This document shows, in pieces, positions 28,710-37,405 of a stretch of DNA of 64,000 nt. How positions within the stretch are numbered: the first letter of the stretch is position 1; each line of letters begins with the position of its first letter. Below the pieces are notes generated by a model. That model worked only from the letters and a program-made list of their open reading frames with translations, ran no database searches and was not told the DNA's origin. A program made the translations under genes and the position numbers. This DNA is from Candidatus Moraniibacteriota bacterium (GTDB lineage Bacteria; Patescibacteriota; Minisyncoccia; Moranbacterales; UBA2206), in contig CAVZKT010000005.1 in assembly GCA_963775955.1 (NCBI GenBank), positions 7,422 through 71,421 on the forward strand, read 5' to 3'.

Positions 28710-29651
28710 ATGACTAAAAACTTCAAACTTCTCTTGGAAGAAGCTCACAAATTAGGACTGACTACAGATGTCATTTATCCGGAAAAAGAGGTCGTCGAGA
28801 TAGGAAACGATTCTCAAAAAATAATCGTGAAAGAAGTGTTTTCTTTTGCGGATAATTCATCGTCTGCAAGCGCGGTTCTGGCAAAAAACAAGGAAATCAC
28901 TTATCGTCTCTGGGAGCGGGAAAATATTCCGTTTCCACGAAGCCGTTACTTCAGAAACATTGCCTCATTCCCTCAAGATGCCGCAGGTTTGAATTTAAAC
29001 TTTCCCGTCATTTTCAAAAAATCAAATGGGAAGAAAAGCATCGGTATTCATACGAATATTGTCTCTTTTCAAGAACTTGCAAAAATCGTAGGAAATTCCG
29101 ACGGAAGCTTTATCGTCCAGGAAATGGCTTTTGGAAGAGAATACCGCGTACTCATCTATAAAGGTCGTCTTCTCGGGGCACTGGAACTTGTTCCGCCTCA
29201 GATAATCGGGAATGGAGTTGACACTATCGCGACACTCATACACAAAAAAAATAGCGACCTCCAGGAAAAAATCCTCATCAATGAAAAAGTGTTGCAGACA
29301 CTCAACAAAAATAATCTCTCGCTGGATAATGTCCCGAAAAAAGACTTCTGTGTGTCGCTTCAAGAAAATTCATGCCTCGCGGAAGGCGGTTCATCGATAG
29401 ATTGCACGGATGTCGTCCATGAAGACATCCTGCGACTGGTTCAAAAAGCAGCTCAGGCAGTAAATATGAAGCTAGCAGGAGTAGATCTTATCTGCGAAGA
29501 TATTTCGATTGATCCCGCTAAGCAAAGGGTCTCTTTTCTAGAAACAAACAGTTTTCCGAGTCTAAGCATTCATTATAAGCCCACAATCGGGAAACCTCGC
29601 CGGGTGATAAGGAATATCCTCAAGGACATTTTTAATAAACAATCTGCTTAA
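28710..29651 (+). CDS. stand-alone ATP-grasp ligase resembling the ATP-grasp module of cyanophycin synthetase
   Basis: 313 aa. IIGNGVDTIATLIHKKNSD...SLQENSCLAEGGSSIDCTDVVHEDI..AGVDLICEDIS...FLETNSFPSLSIH follows the CphA-type ATP-grasp pattern. No Mur-ligase-like domain is present. Confidence 0.6.
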   Translation: MTKNFKLLLEEAHKLGLTTDVIYPEKEVVEIGNDSQKIIVKEVFSFADNSSSASAVLAKNKEITYRLWERENIPFPRSRYFRNIASFPQDAAGLNLNFPVIFKKSNGKKSIGIHTNIVSFQELAKIVGNSDGSFIVQEMAFGREYRVLIYKGRLLGALELVPPQIIGNGVDTIATLIHKKNSDLQEKILINEKVLQTLNKNNLSLDNVPKKDFCVSLQENSCLAEGGSSIDCTDVVHEDILRLVQKAAQAVNMKLAGVDLICEDISIDPAKQRVSFLETNSFPSLSIHYKPTIGKPRRVIRNILKDIFNKQSA

Positions 29652-29659
29652 TAAGGACT

Positions 29660-31432
29660 ATGAAAATTACAATTATTTGCAAAAACTCCGAGTGGCAGGT
29701 TGAGAGATTAAAAGAGGCCGCTCCAAAATTCGAAGTCAACATTGATGTCCGAGACATCACAAAACCGGGAAGTATTCCGGAAAATCTCGGCGATATCGTC
29801 CTGTGGCGCTCATCCTCTCTTGGCGGCGGGATCAACCGCTTTGATATGATGAACGCAATCCTCAAAAAACGCCCGCTCATTAACCGTTGTCTCGCGCGTC
29901 TTCCGCGAGCGACTGAAAAAGCATTCCAGCAAGAATATGTGCAGAAGAAAACGAAGACGATAAAGTGTATTCCCACTTTCATATTCCGATCTATACAGGA
30001 AATAGAAACCGCGATAAAAAATAAAACGCTCCGCTATCCATTCATTCAAAAACCTAACAAGGGCTCGAAGGGTAAGGGAGTTGAATTTGTTCAAAACGAA
30101 GAAGATCTTCGTCGAGTTGCGAAAGATATCAATCAGCAGGTGTATCAAAACTTCATCAATAACTCGGGTGATTACCGCGCATTCATACTTGGAGGAAGAA
30201 TGCTCGGTGCCATTAAAAGAACAGCTCAAGAGGGCGGTTTTCTAAACAATCTTTCTCGAGGTGGAAGCGCCGAGGCCGTTACCGATCCAAAGATTCTGGC
30301 AAAATTACGCCGGATTAGCACGACTGTCGCCTCGATTTTTGAGCTCACCATTTGCGGAGTCGACATTATTTATAATGAAGAAACCGGTGAATATTTTTTC
30401 CTAGAGGTAAATACTGTTCCGCAGTGGAAAGGCTTCCAAGAGGCAACCGGCATTGATGTCGCAGGAGAAATCGTTCAATACTGCAAACGCATGATCGGAA
30501 GGGAGAAACGACCCCTGTTAGACATTGTTTCCGAAGAATATCAATCGCAGATTCATCTCCTCGGCGATAAGAAATTTCATTTCCTCTCTCGCCGCTATCT
30601 CTGGAGTGGCAATAATTTCTTCAAAAACAAACTTAATGAACTTCGGGCACAATACATCGGAAATTCTGAAGAAGGTTATCGAAAAAGGCTCAAGGAAATT
30701 TTCACGCACATACCGGAACATGGAAATCGAATGGTTGCAAAAGAGGCGCGGCAGGCGTATTTCAAAAAATATCCCCATCTCGAGCCATTTCTTGGGCTCC
30801 TGTTTAAAAATCTTTTCGTAAGAGAAATATATGAAACAGACCTTCATGTATATATCCGCAAGTTAGTTTCAGATGATGATCTGCTCGACTTAAAATATGC
30901 CATCGAGAATGACGAGGAAGCTATGCGGATTCTTTCTACTCATGCCATCAATTATCTGTATATGCTCGATGATTATCTTGGAACAAAAAAATCCAGAACA
31001 GATCCAAAAAAATATCTTCGGATCGGAACATCCTATCCGGATGAATCTTTTGAGTTGCAGATTTATTTTCTCACGCATTGTATTATTGGAGCGTCTGGCT
31101 TTTACAGCATAGCGATAAAAAAGGATGACTTGGACATCTATGTAGGGATGATCAGGCATATTGAAGAAATTATTCGTAATCATTTCAAAACGATTTCGCT
31201 GGATAATAAATTCGAATTCCTTGTATGCGCAAAAATTTGCGGATACAAATCTGATCTTGAAAAAAACATTCTCTCGGAAGCGGATCGCTCGCTGGCGCCC
31301 GATGGAAATTTCCTTATTGACATTCATAATGCAAAGGCTTCGCCAGATGAGAGAAATGATTTCGTCGGATCAGAACATCGCAATGTTCTTTATATTATGT
31401 CGCAAACTCCATTTCATCCGCTTGATAAATAA
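29660..31432 (+). CDS. RimK-like ATP-grasp ligase fused to an unassigned ~300 aa C-terminal domain
   Basis: 590 aa. YPFIQKPNKGSKGKGV, GDYRAFILGGRMLGAIKR, FLEVNTVPQWKGF are RimK-type motifs. Residues from about 290 to 590 have no family I recognise. Confidence 0.7.
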   Translation: MKITIICKNSEWQVERLKEAAPKFEVNIDVRDITKPGSIPENLGDIVLWRSSSLGGGINRFDMMNAILKKRPLINRCLARLPRATEKAFQQEYVQKKTKTIKCIPTFIFRSIQEIETAIKNKTLRYPFIQKPNKGSKGKGVEFVQNEEDLRRVAKDINQQVYQNFINNSGDYRAFILGGRMLGAIKRTAQEGGFLNNLSRGGSAEAVTDPKILAKLRRISTTVASIFELTICGVDIIYNEETGEYFFLEVNTVPQWKGFQEATGIDVAGEIVQYCKRMIGREKRPLLDIVSEEYQSQIHLLGDKKFHFLSRRYLWSGNNFFKNKLNELRAQYIGNSEEGYRKRLKEIFTHIPEHGNRMVAKEARQAYFKKYPHLEPFLGLLFKNLFVREIYETDLHVYIRKLVSDDDLLDLKYAIENDEEAMRILSTHAINYLYMLDDYLGTKKSRTDPKKYLRIGTSYPDESFELQIYFLTHCIIGASGFYSIAIKKDDLDIYVGMIRHIEEIIRNHFKTISLDNKFEFLVCAKICGYKSDLEKNILSEADRSLAPDGNFLIDIHNAKASPDERNDFVGSEHRNVLYIMSQTPFHPLDK

Positions 31433-31486
31433 TCCAAAAAACAGTAAACTACTAACCAACTTTCGTAAAAAGTTAATTTATCAAAT

Positions 31487-34009
31487 ATGCCCCATATTTT
31501 CGTCTCATTTAGAGATTTTAAAAGCGCTTCAGGAAAAGAGCGCTGGAAAATTGCCGGGAAAATCGCACTTTATTTCGGCGTGGCGGTTTTCCTGTTCATC
31601 ACCGGCGTCTTTGTTTATTTCGCCAAGGACCTGCCCAGTCCCGGAAAAGTCAGCAGCCGTTTTGTGGCCGAATCGACAAAAATTTATGACCGGACCGGCG
31701 ACCATATTCTTTATGATATCCACGGCGAGGAAAAAAGAACCCAAATTCCATTCGCGGAGATGCCGGACGCCATCAGATACGCGACCATTGCCCTGGAAGA
31801 CCAGAATTTTTACGGCCACTACGGCATTGAGCTCACCGCAATTTTGCGCGCCGCCGCCAAAGACATCCTGGGGCGCGGAACCACCCAGGGAGGCTCAACC
31901 ATCACCCAGCAGTTTGTCAAGCAATCCATTCTTACCCCGGAAAAAACTTTTTCGCGCAAAATCAAGGAGGCCATTTTATCCTTGGAACTCGAACAAAAGT
32001 TTTCTAAGGATGAAATTTTGGGAATGTATCTCAATGAAATTCCTTACGGCTCAAACGCTTACGGCGTTGAAGCCGCCGCGCAGACCTTTTTTGGCAAGCA
32101 CGCCCGCGAACTGACGCTTGATGAATCAGCCTTATTGGCCTCCCTTCCCCAGGCTCCGACTTATTATTCCCCCAATGGATCCCATACGGAAAATTTAAAA
32201 GCCCGTCAGGAATACGCGCTCACACAGATGGCTAAGCTTGGTTATATCACTTCCGAACAGGCTGATGAAGCTAAAAAAGTGGATGTTCTCGCTAAAGTCA
32301 AACCTTCCACGGAAAATATTTCCGCCCCCCACTTCGTGATGTATGTTAAGGAATATCTGGAAAAAAAATACGGGGAACAGAATGTGGAAAAAAGCGGCCT
32401 CAAAGTCTACACCACCCTGGATTGGGACAAGCAGCAGATTGCTGAACAAGCGGTAAGAGAGGGTGCCGAAGCCAATCTGAAAAAATACAACGCGGAAAAC
32501 GCTTCCCTGGTGGCCATTGACCCCAAAACCGGCCAGATTCTGGCCATGGTCGGATCCAAGAATTATTTTGACAAATCCATTGACGGCCAGGTTAATGTCG
32601 CCATCCGCGACCGGCAGCCGGGATCTTCTTTCAAGCCTTATGTTTATCTCACGGCTTTTAAAAAAGGCTTCACCCCCGAAACCCAGCTCTGGGACACGGA
32701 CACTAATTTTTCGACTGATACCGGACAGGATTATAATCCAAAAAATTACGATGATAAAAACCGGGGGCTCTTGCAAATGAAAGATGCCCTGGGCATGTCC
32801 CTAAACGTCCCGGCTGTAAAAACCCTGTATTTGGCCGGCGTCAAAGATTCCATTGATACTGCCCGCATGCTGGGGATTACCACGCTTAACCAGCCTGACC
32901 GCTATGGCCTTTCCCTGGTATTGGGCGGAGGCGAAGTAAAGCTCTTGGACCATGTAAACGCTTTCGGGTCTCTGGCCACTGGCGGAGTTTATCGCGAAAA
33001 AACAGCTATCTTAAAAATTATGGACGCCACTGGAAAAGTTTTAGAAGAATACCGGGACACTCCCGGCAACCGCGCGGTGGAAGAAAAATATGTGGCTATG
33101 CTGGATTATATTTTATCCACCAATGATTTGCGCGCTCCGATTTTCGGCGAGAATAATCCTTTGAAGTTTACCGATCGCCCGGTCGCCGCCAAAACCGGAA
33201 CCACCAATGAATGGCGCGATGGCTGGACAATCGGTTATACCCCGTCTCTCGTCGCAGGCGTATGGGCCGGCAACAACGACAACGCTCCTATGGCCCAGGG
33301 AGCTGACGGAAGCTATGTGGCTTCTCCCATTTGGAGAGCTTTTATGGACAAAGTTCTGGGCAATTATAATATTGAACAGTTTCCCAAATATGAAAAGGAA
33401 GAAACCGGAAAAGATATTCTTGACGGCAAGCAGGATATGACTTCTGAAATCAAGGTCTGCGAAATCCCGGGGAAAAATAATAAATATTGCCTGGCCAGCG
33501 ACAATTGCCCGTCAAGCAAGCAGAAAAAGAAAACGTTTTTCACCGGCCATGATATTCTCTATTACGTGAACAAGGATGATCCGCGCGGCGACGCGCCGAA
33601 AGATCCGGAAAGCGACCCGCAATACAAAAATTGGGAAAAAGGAGTGCAAAAATGGGTGGATAAAAATGAAAAATATATCACCGATTCGGCTCCGGAAGAC
33701 GAATGCAAGTCCAGCGATTTTGAAAGCTATAAGCCTTCCATTTCTCTTTCTTCACCCGGCAGCGGAGCTACTTTTATTACCGCTTCCATTCCGGTCCGCG
33801 CTAAAATTTCCGCCGGTTATGGCATAAAAAAAGTTACGCTTTTTGTTGACGGCAATGAAGCCGCTTCGCAAAACTCTTCTTCCTTTTCTTATAATTACGC
33901 GGTTCCCGACAGCAAAAAAATCGCTAATTTAGAAATTAAAGTGGCAGTTGAAGATAAAAACGGAAACACGGATTCGGACAGCGTGACAGTGCATACCAAC
34001 ATTCCATAA
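31487..34009 (+). CDS. class A penicillin-binding protein (transglycosylase/transpeptidase, PBP1A type)
   Basis: 840 aa. GT51 motifs EDQNFYGHYG and GGSTITQQ; transpeptidase motifs SSFKP and KTGTT; a C-terminal Ig-like extension. Confidence 0.9.
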   Translation: MPHIFVSFRDFKSASGKERWKIAGKIALYFGVAVFLFITGVFVYFAKDLPSPGKVSSRFVAESTKIYDRTGDHILYDIHGEEKRTQIPFAEMPDAIRYATIALEDQNFYGHYGIELTAILRAAAKDILGRGTTQGGSTITQQFVKQSILTPEKTFSRKIKEAILSLELEQKFSKDEILGMYLNEIPYGSNAYGVEAAAQTFFGKHARELTLDESALLASLPQAPTYYSPNGSHTENLKARQEYALTQMAKLGYITSEQADEAKKVDVLAKVKPSTENISAPHFVMYVKEYLEKKYGEQNVEKSGLKVYTTLDWDKQQIAEQAVREGAEANLKKYNAENASLVAIDPKTGQILAMVGSKNYFDKSIDGQVNVAIRDRQPGSSFKPYVYLTAFKKGFTPETQLWDTDTNFSTDTGQDYNPKNYDDKNRGLLQMKDALGMSLNVPAVKTLYLAGVKDSIDTARMLGITTLNQPDRYGLSLVLGGGEVKLLDHVNAFGSLATGGVYREKTAILKIMDATGKVLEEYRDTPGNRAVEEKYVAMLDYILSTNDLRAPIFGENNPLKFTDRPVAAKTGTTNEWRDGWTIGYTPSLVAGVWAGNNDNAPMAQGADGSYVASPIWRAFMDKVLGNYNIEQFPKYEKEETGKDILDGKQDMTSEIKVCEIPGKNNKYCLASDNCPSSKQKKKTFFTGHDILYYVNKDDPRGDAPKDPESDPQYKNWEKGVQKWVDKNEKYITDSAPEDECKSSDFESYKPSISLSSPGSGATFITASIPVRAKISAGYGIKKVTLFVDGNEAASQNSSSFSYNYAVPDSKKIANLEIKVAVEDKNGNTDSDSVTVHTNIP

Positions 34010-34084
34010 AACATAAGGCCGATAGCCTCAAATAAAAAAAGGCAGAAGGTCTGGATTGCTGTCCATGGCACTTTGCCAAAAGTA

Positions 34085-34219
34085 CTAATTTTTGTTTATA
34101 ATCCCCATGTGTTTTAACATATTTAATGCTTGTTCATGGTAATCGGCCCTCAGGATAGAAAGTTTGCCGCTATCCTGAATATCTTCGTAGTTAAAAAACA
34201 GGCAAACAGGATGTGCCAT
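34085..34219 (-). CDS. 44-aa hypothetical small protein
   Basis: AAAGGAGGATAT precedes the ATG at 34219. It reads MAHPVCLFFNYEDIQDSGKLSILRADYHEQALNMLKHMGIINKN. Too short for the ORF track. Confidence 0.35.
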   Translation of the reverse strand: MAHPVCLFFNYEDIQDSGKLSILRADYHEQALNMLKHMGIINKN

Positions 34220-34333
34220 ATATCCTCCTTTTTTTAAGAACTGCTTTTGTTTTTAGAATATTTTATTCTATATCCAGATTGATTTTATGTTAATCCCGAC
34301 CGCTTTTAGGGATTTTTTAATTTTCCAAAATCG

Positions 34334-35284
34334 TCACCCCAAAATCAGATTGAACAGATAGCCGGTAAGAATTATGCCCGCGCCGACAATGGCGGCAAAA
34401 ATGGCAATCAGCTTCAATTTCATGACTTTTTTGAGAATCAGAAACTCGGGAAAAGAAAGCGCTGTCACCGACATCATGAAAGCCAGACTTGTCCCCAGCG
34501 CCACGCCTTTTTCCGCAAAGACTTTAACGAGCGGAATTACTCCCGCCGCATTGGAATAAAGCGGAATGCCGATCAGCACCGCCAGCGGCACCGCGTACCA
34601 TTTGTCAGATGAAGCATACTGGGCCAAAAAATCAGTCGGCACATAGCCGTGGATCCAGGCGCCAATCCCGATTCCGGCCAGAATATAAATCCAGACTTTT
34701 TTTATTATTTGAAAAACATAACCGCGCGCATAAAGCGCCCTTTCTTTCCATCCCATGCTTTTTCCCGCTTCCTCCGTAAGCCGGCTGTTGAAAACAAAAT
34801 CCTCCACCAATTTTTCCATCTTTAACTTTCCGATTATTATTCCGGACAAAATCGCAATAACCAGGCCGCTCGCGATATAAATAGCCGCGATTTTCCAGCC
34901 GAAAAGTCCGAGTAAAAGCACCAGCGCCACTTCGTTGATCATGGGCGAAGCCACCAGAAAAGAAAACGTCACGCCCAGCGGCACGCCTGCTTCCAAAAAT
35001 CCGATGAAAAGCGTAATGGCCGAGCAGGTGCAAAAAGGCGTAAAAATTCCCAGGAGCGAAGCCAGAACGTTCCCCCAGTATCCCTTTCTGCCGGAAAGCA
35101 TATCTCTTATTTTTTCCTGCGGAAGATATGTGCGGATAATGGAAATGGAAAAGATTATAGCGGACAAAAGGAGGAAAATTTTGAGCGTGTCGTATATGAA
35201 AAAATTAACGGCATCGTAGAGATGCGTTGCGGTCGGGATTGAAAATATGTCCCGGGTGAGCCAGTCGGCAAAAGCTTGTATCAT
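34334..35284 (-). CDS. predicted permease (DUF318/ArsP-like family)
   Basis: 316 aa, polytopic. FTPFCTCSAITLFIGFLEAGVPLGVTFSFLVASPMINE is characteristic. Confidence 0.7.
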   Translation of the reverse strand: MIQAFADWLTRDIFSIPTATHLYDAVNFFIYDTLKIFLLLSAIIFSISIIRTYLPQEKIRDMLSGRKGYWGNVLASLLGIFTPFCTCSAITLFIGFLEAGVPLGVTFSFLVASPMINEVALVLLLGLFGWKIAAIYIASGLVIAILSGIIIGKLKMEKLVEDFVFNSRLTEEAGKSMGWKERALYARGYVFQIIKKVWIYILAGIGIGAWIHGYVPTDFLAQYASSDKWYAVPLAVLIGIPLYSNAAGVIPLVKVFAEKGVALGTSLAFMMSVTALSFPEFLILKKVMKLKLIAIFAAIVGAGIILTGYLFNLILG

Positions 35285-35340
35285 TTATTTTGTTCGAATA
35301 GTTTTATTATCTCCTATTAATTAATACATTTCTGTATTTC

Positions 35341-35462
35341 ACCCGCTTTTGGGGATTTTTCTTGCCCCGCCTGTCCCGTAGCGAGCGAAGCTCTGTTTCT
35401 GGGATTAAATGCGGTTTTATTTAATAGGGTGGAATTTCATCCCCCGGTGATGAAGGTGTAGG
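35341..35462. repeat. copy A of a ~125-nt hairpin-rich repeat
   Basis: Aligns over about 115 nt with 36574-36686. Four stems: GGGA/TCCC, GAGC/GCTC, ATTAAAT/ATTTAAT, TTCATC/GATGAA. Confidence 0.75.
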
Positions 35463-35482
35463 ATTTAATTACGTAATTAAAT
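35463..35482. repeat. 20-bp perfect palindrome ATTTAATTACGTAATTAAAT
   Basis: Read directly. Same TACGTA-centred family as 15051-15082 and 40044-40067. Confidence 0.8.
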
Positions 35483-35517
35483 TATAACACCAAAACAATA
35501 TAAAAAAAGCCGCTACC

Positions 35518-36450
35518 TCAATGGGTAGCGGTAGGACAACTTAAAAATTTGCCCTGAAAATTACATGGAAGCTGGCAATATCGACTTTCTTTAAAATACG
35601 GCCAACTGTCAATTATTTTTTGACGCTCTATGTCAGTTTGAATTAAATCACGCATTTGTACAGCCTTTTGCAAAACCTTTCGAAATTTATCCATACATGG
35701 TGCGCCTGGCAACGGTCTTACACCCAGTTCTCCTCCCAGAAAATATTTTTCCAGTTTTGGATCGAGCGGTTTCACACTGCACTGATTGACTCTCAACATG
35801 CCAAATCCCTGTTTGAGAGTTAAACGCGGCCAATTGCGACCTATCACCCTAATGGCGCTTTGGGGCCATAATGTTATTGCCATTCTATAATCCAATAAAT
35901 AATCCCCTCTTCCTCCCCGATAGAATTTGCGCCAGTCTGTGTAGTCTTGGAAAATAACTTCGCCATAGAAATGGTAGGAATTGCCTGAGTCGATTATGAG
36001 GCCTGGCCCTGTTTTTAAGAGTTTCAAGGCCAGCTCGACCCTCTTCAAATTCCTTGGAGAGATAGAGCGGTTGAAGTCTATAAGCTTGAGCCAAAGCATC
36101 TTGCCATTCTTCAGCTTAACCTTGGAAACGAACCCGAATGACTCCTCATCAATGTAGCCGACATAGGCACACATTCCACCTTTCTTCTTCCTGATTTTTT
36201 CCTTGTAATCATGGAATTTTTCTTCCAGATAACTGCAAAGGTTCACTTCTGACAGCAGTTTTGGAACTCTGACTTCAAACACGGGATGAGAGGGAAAATG
36301 TTCAATGGGTTCGTATTCTCTTTGATCATCCCCCGCTCTCATAAAGGGCTTGAACATAGCAAAATAAAAAGACTTTATGTCTGGAAACCAAGTCAGGTAA
36401 TGCTCGATAATCAATCCTGCGATCATATTTTCCTCCTTTTTAAGGTTCAA
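35518..36450 (-). CDS. hypothetical protein with an AEP/primase-polymerase-like motif order (tentative)
   Basis: 310 aa. WLKLIDFN, then about 22 aa, then LIIDSGNSYHFYG, then ..LLDYR..IRVIGRN. This resembles the DxD / sGxGxH / hD..R.pG order of archaeo-eukaryotic primase-like enzymes. The gene is flanked by repeat copies A and B. Confidence 0.5.
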   Translation of the reverse strand: MNLKKEENMIAGLIIEHYLTWFPDIKSFYFAMFKPFMRAGDDQREYEPIEHFPSHPVFEVRVPKLLSEVNLCSYLEEKFHDYKEKIRKKKGGMCAYVGYIDEESFGFVSKVKLKNGKMLWLKLIDFNRSISPRNLKRVELALKLLKTGPGLIIDSGNSYHFYGEVIFQDYTDWRKFYRGGRGDYLLDYRMAITLWPQSAIRVIGRNWPRLTLKQGFGMLRVNQCSVKPLDPKLEKYFLGGELGVRPLPGAPCMDKFRKVLQKAVQMRDLIQTDIERQKIIDSWPYFKESRYCQLPCNFQGKFLSCPTATH

Positions 36451-36573
36451 CTTTTTGATTAATTCTTACACCGATTTTCCCGGTTGTCAAGACAAAAAAA
36501 ACAGCCTTCCCGGGATTTTTTTGGATTTCATTTTTAACATAATAAAACGGTCGTTGGGAAATGATAAATTTGT

Positions 36574-36686
36574 TTTGCAGGATTTTTCTTGCCCCGCCTG
36601 TCCTGTAGCAAGCCATGCTTTACTTCTGGGATTAAATAGGAATTTATTTAACTCGGGGTGGAAGTACCTACTGAGGTACCTACGTA
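36574..36686. repeat. copy B of the hairpin-rich repeat
   Basis: Same order of stems as copy A, with compensatory differences: CAGGA/TCCTG, AAGC/GCTT, TTAAATA/TATTTAA, GTACCT/AGGTAC. Confidence 0.75.
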
Positions 36687-36782
36687 GATAAAATTTTTGA
36701 GGTAAATAATTAATTATATAACTTTATTATAGCATTATAAAAAGGGCGGTGAAGTTCATCGCCCTTTTTCAAGAAAGAAGTG

Positions 36783-36995
36783 CTATTCAACATGCTCAAG
36801 GTTTGCCACGTTCCAGATCGCATATGAATATTTGCCTTTGTTCTTGCCTGTTTTAGTCCTGAAGCGAACCTGAACGCACCGTCTCGCACATCGTAGTAGT
36901 TTTCCCTTTTCCCCTCTGACTTCGCCAACGATGCCGGAAATGTTGTTGCACATTTTCATTCCCGGCTTAAGATTTGATTTTCTCGCCATTGTCAT
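36783..36995 (-). CDS. 70-aa basic hypothetical protein
   Basis: AAAAGGAGGC SD directly before the ATG at 36995. The overlapping ORF 36710..36928 in another frame is less likely. Confidence 0.45.
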   Translation of the reverse strand: MTMARKSNLKPGMKMCNNISGIVGEVRGEKGKLLRCARRCVQVRFRTKTGKNKGKYSYAIWNVANLEHVE

Positions 36996-37023
36996 GCCTC
37001 CTTTTATAAAGAACTGCTGTTTC

Positions 37024-37380
37024 TCACGGCAGATAGTACATCAAACCGCATCCGGAGCAAACATGAAAAGCGTAATAAACGTCCAGTATGCCGGAAACGC
37101 GCCGGATTTTCATCATCCTTTTCAGTTTAGCTCCGCAGCAGGAAGACCTCTGTTCCGTTTCTTCAAGCATTTTGCTGGGGCGTACGCTCGGGACTGAAAA
37201 GCCGGCTGCGAGATGATCTGCCAGTGCCTTTTTGGCTTTCCGGCGATTATCGATTTCGCAATCAGGACCGCAGTCCCAGCATCCATAGTCATGAGATTTT
37301 TCACATCTGCACAGATCCACGCGAGCATCGCAGACTTTGCAGAAAAAACGCTCTACATCATTTCTTGCCAGCACTTCCAT
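37024..37380 (-). CDS. Cys-rich (double zinc-ribbon-like) hypothetical protein
   Basis: 118 aa. AAAGGAGG SD. Cys clusters CKVC..CRC..CWDC..C and CC..CSGC. Confidence 0.5.
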   Translation of the reverse strand: MEVLARNDVERFFCKVCDARVDLCRCEKSHDYGCWDCGPDCEIDNRRKAKKALADHLAAGFSVPSVRPSKMLEETEQRSSCCGAKLKRMMKIRRVSGILDVYYAFHVCSGCGLMYYLP

Positions 37381-37405
37381 AAAAAACCTCCTTTAATTAT
37401 TTTAT

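Noticed and set aside
31161-32114. 317-aa plus-strand ORF spanning the end of the RimK-like gene and the start of the PBP gene
   Set aside because: It is out of frame with two well-supported genes. The sequence is Arg/Ser/Pro-rich and low-complexity, typical of an alternative-frame shadow ORF.
36710-36928. 72-aa ORF overlapping the 70-aa gene in another frame
   Set aside because: The SD and ATG context supports the 36783..36995 frame. The alternative ORF has no start signal. A frameshift joining the two cannot be excluded.
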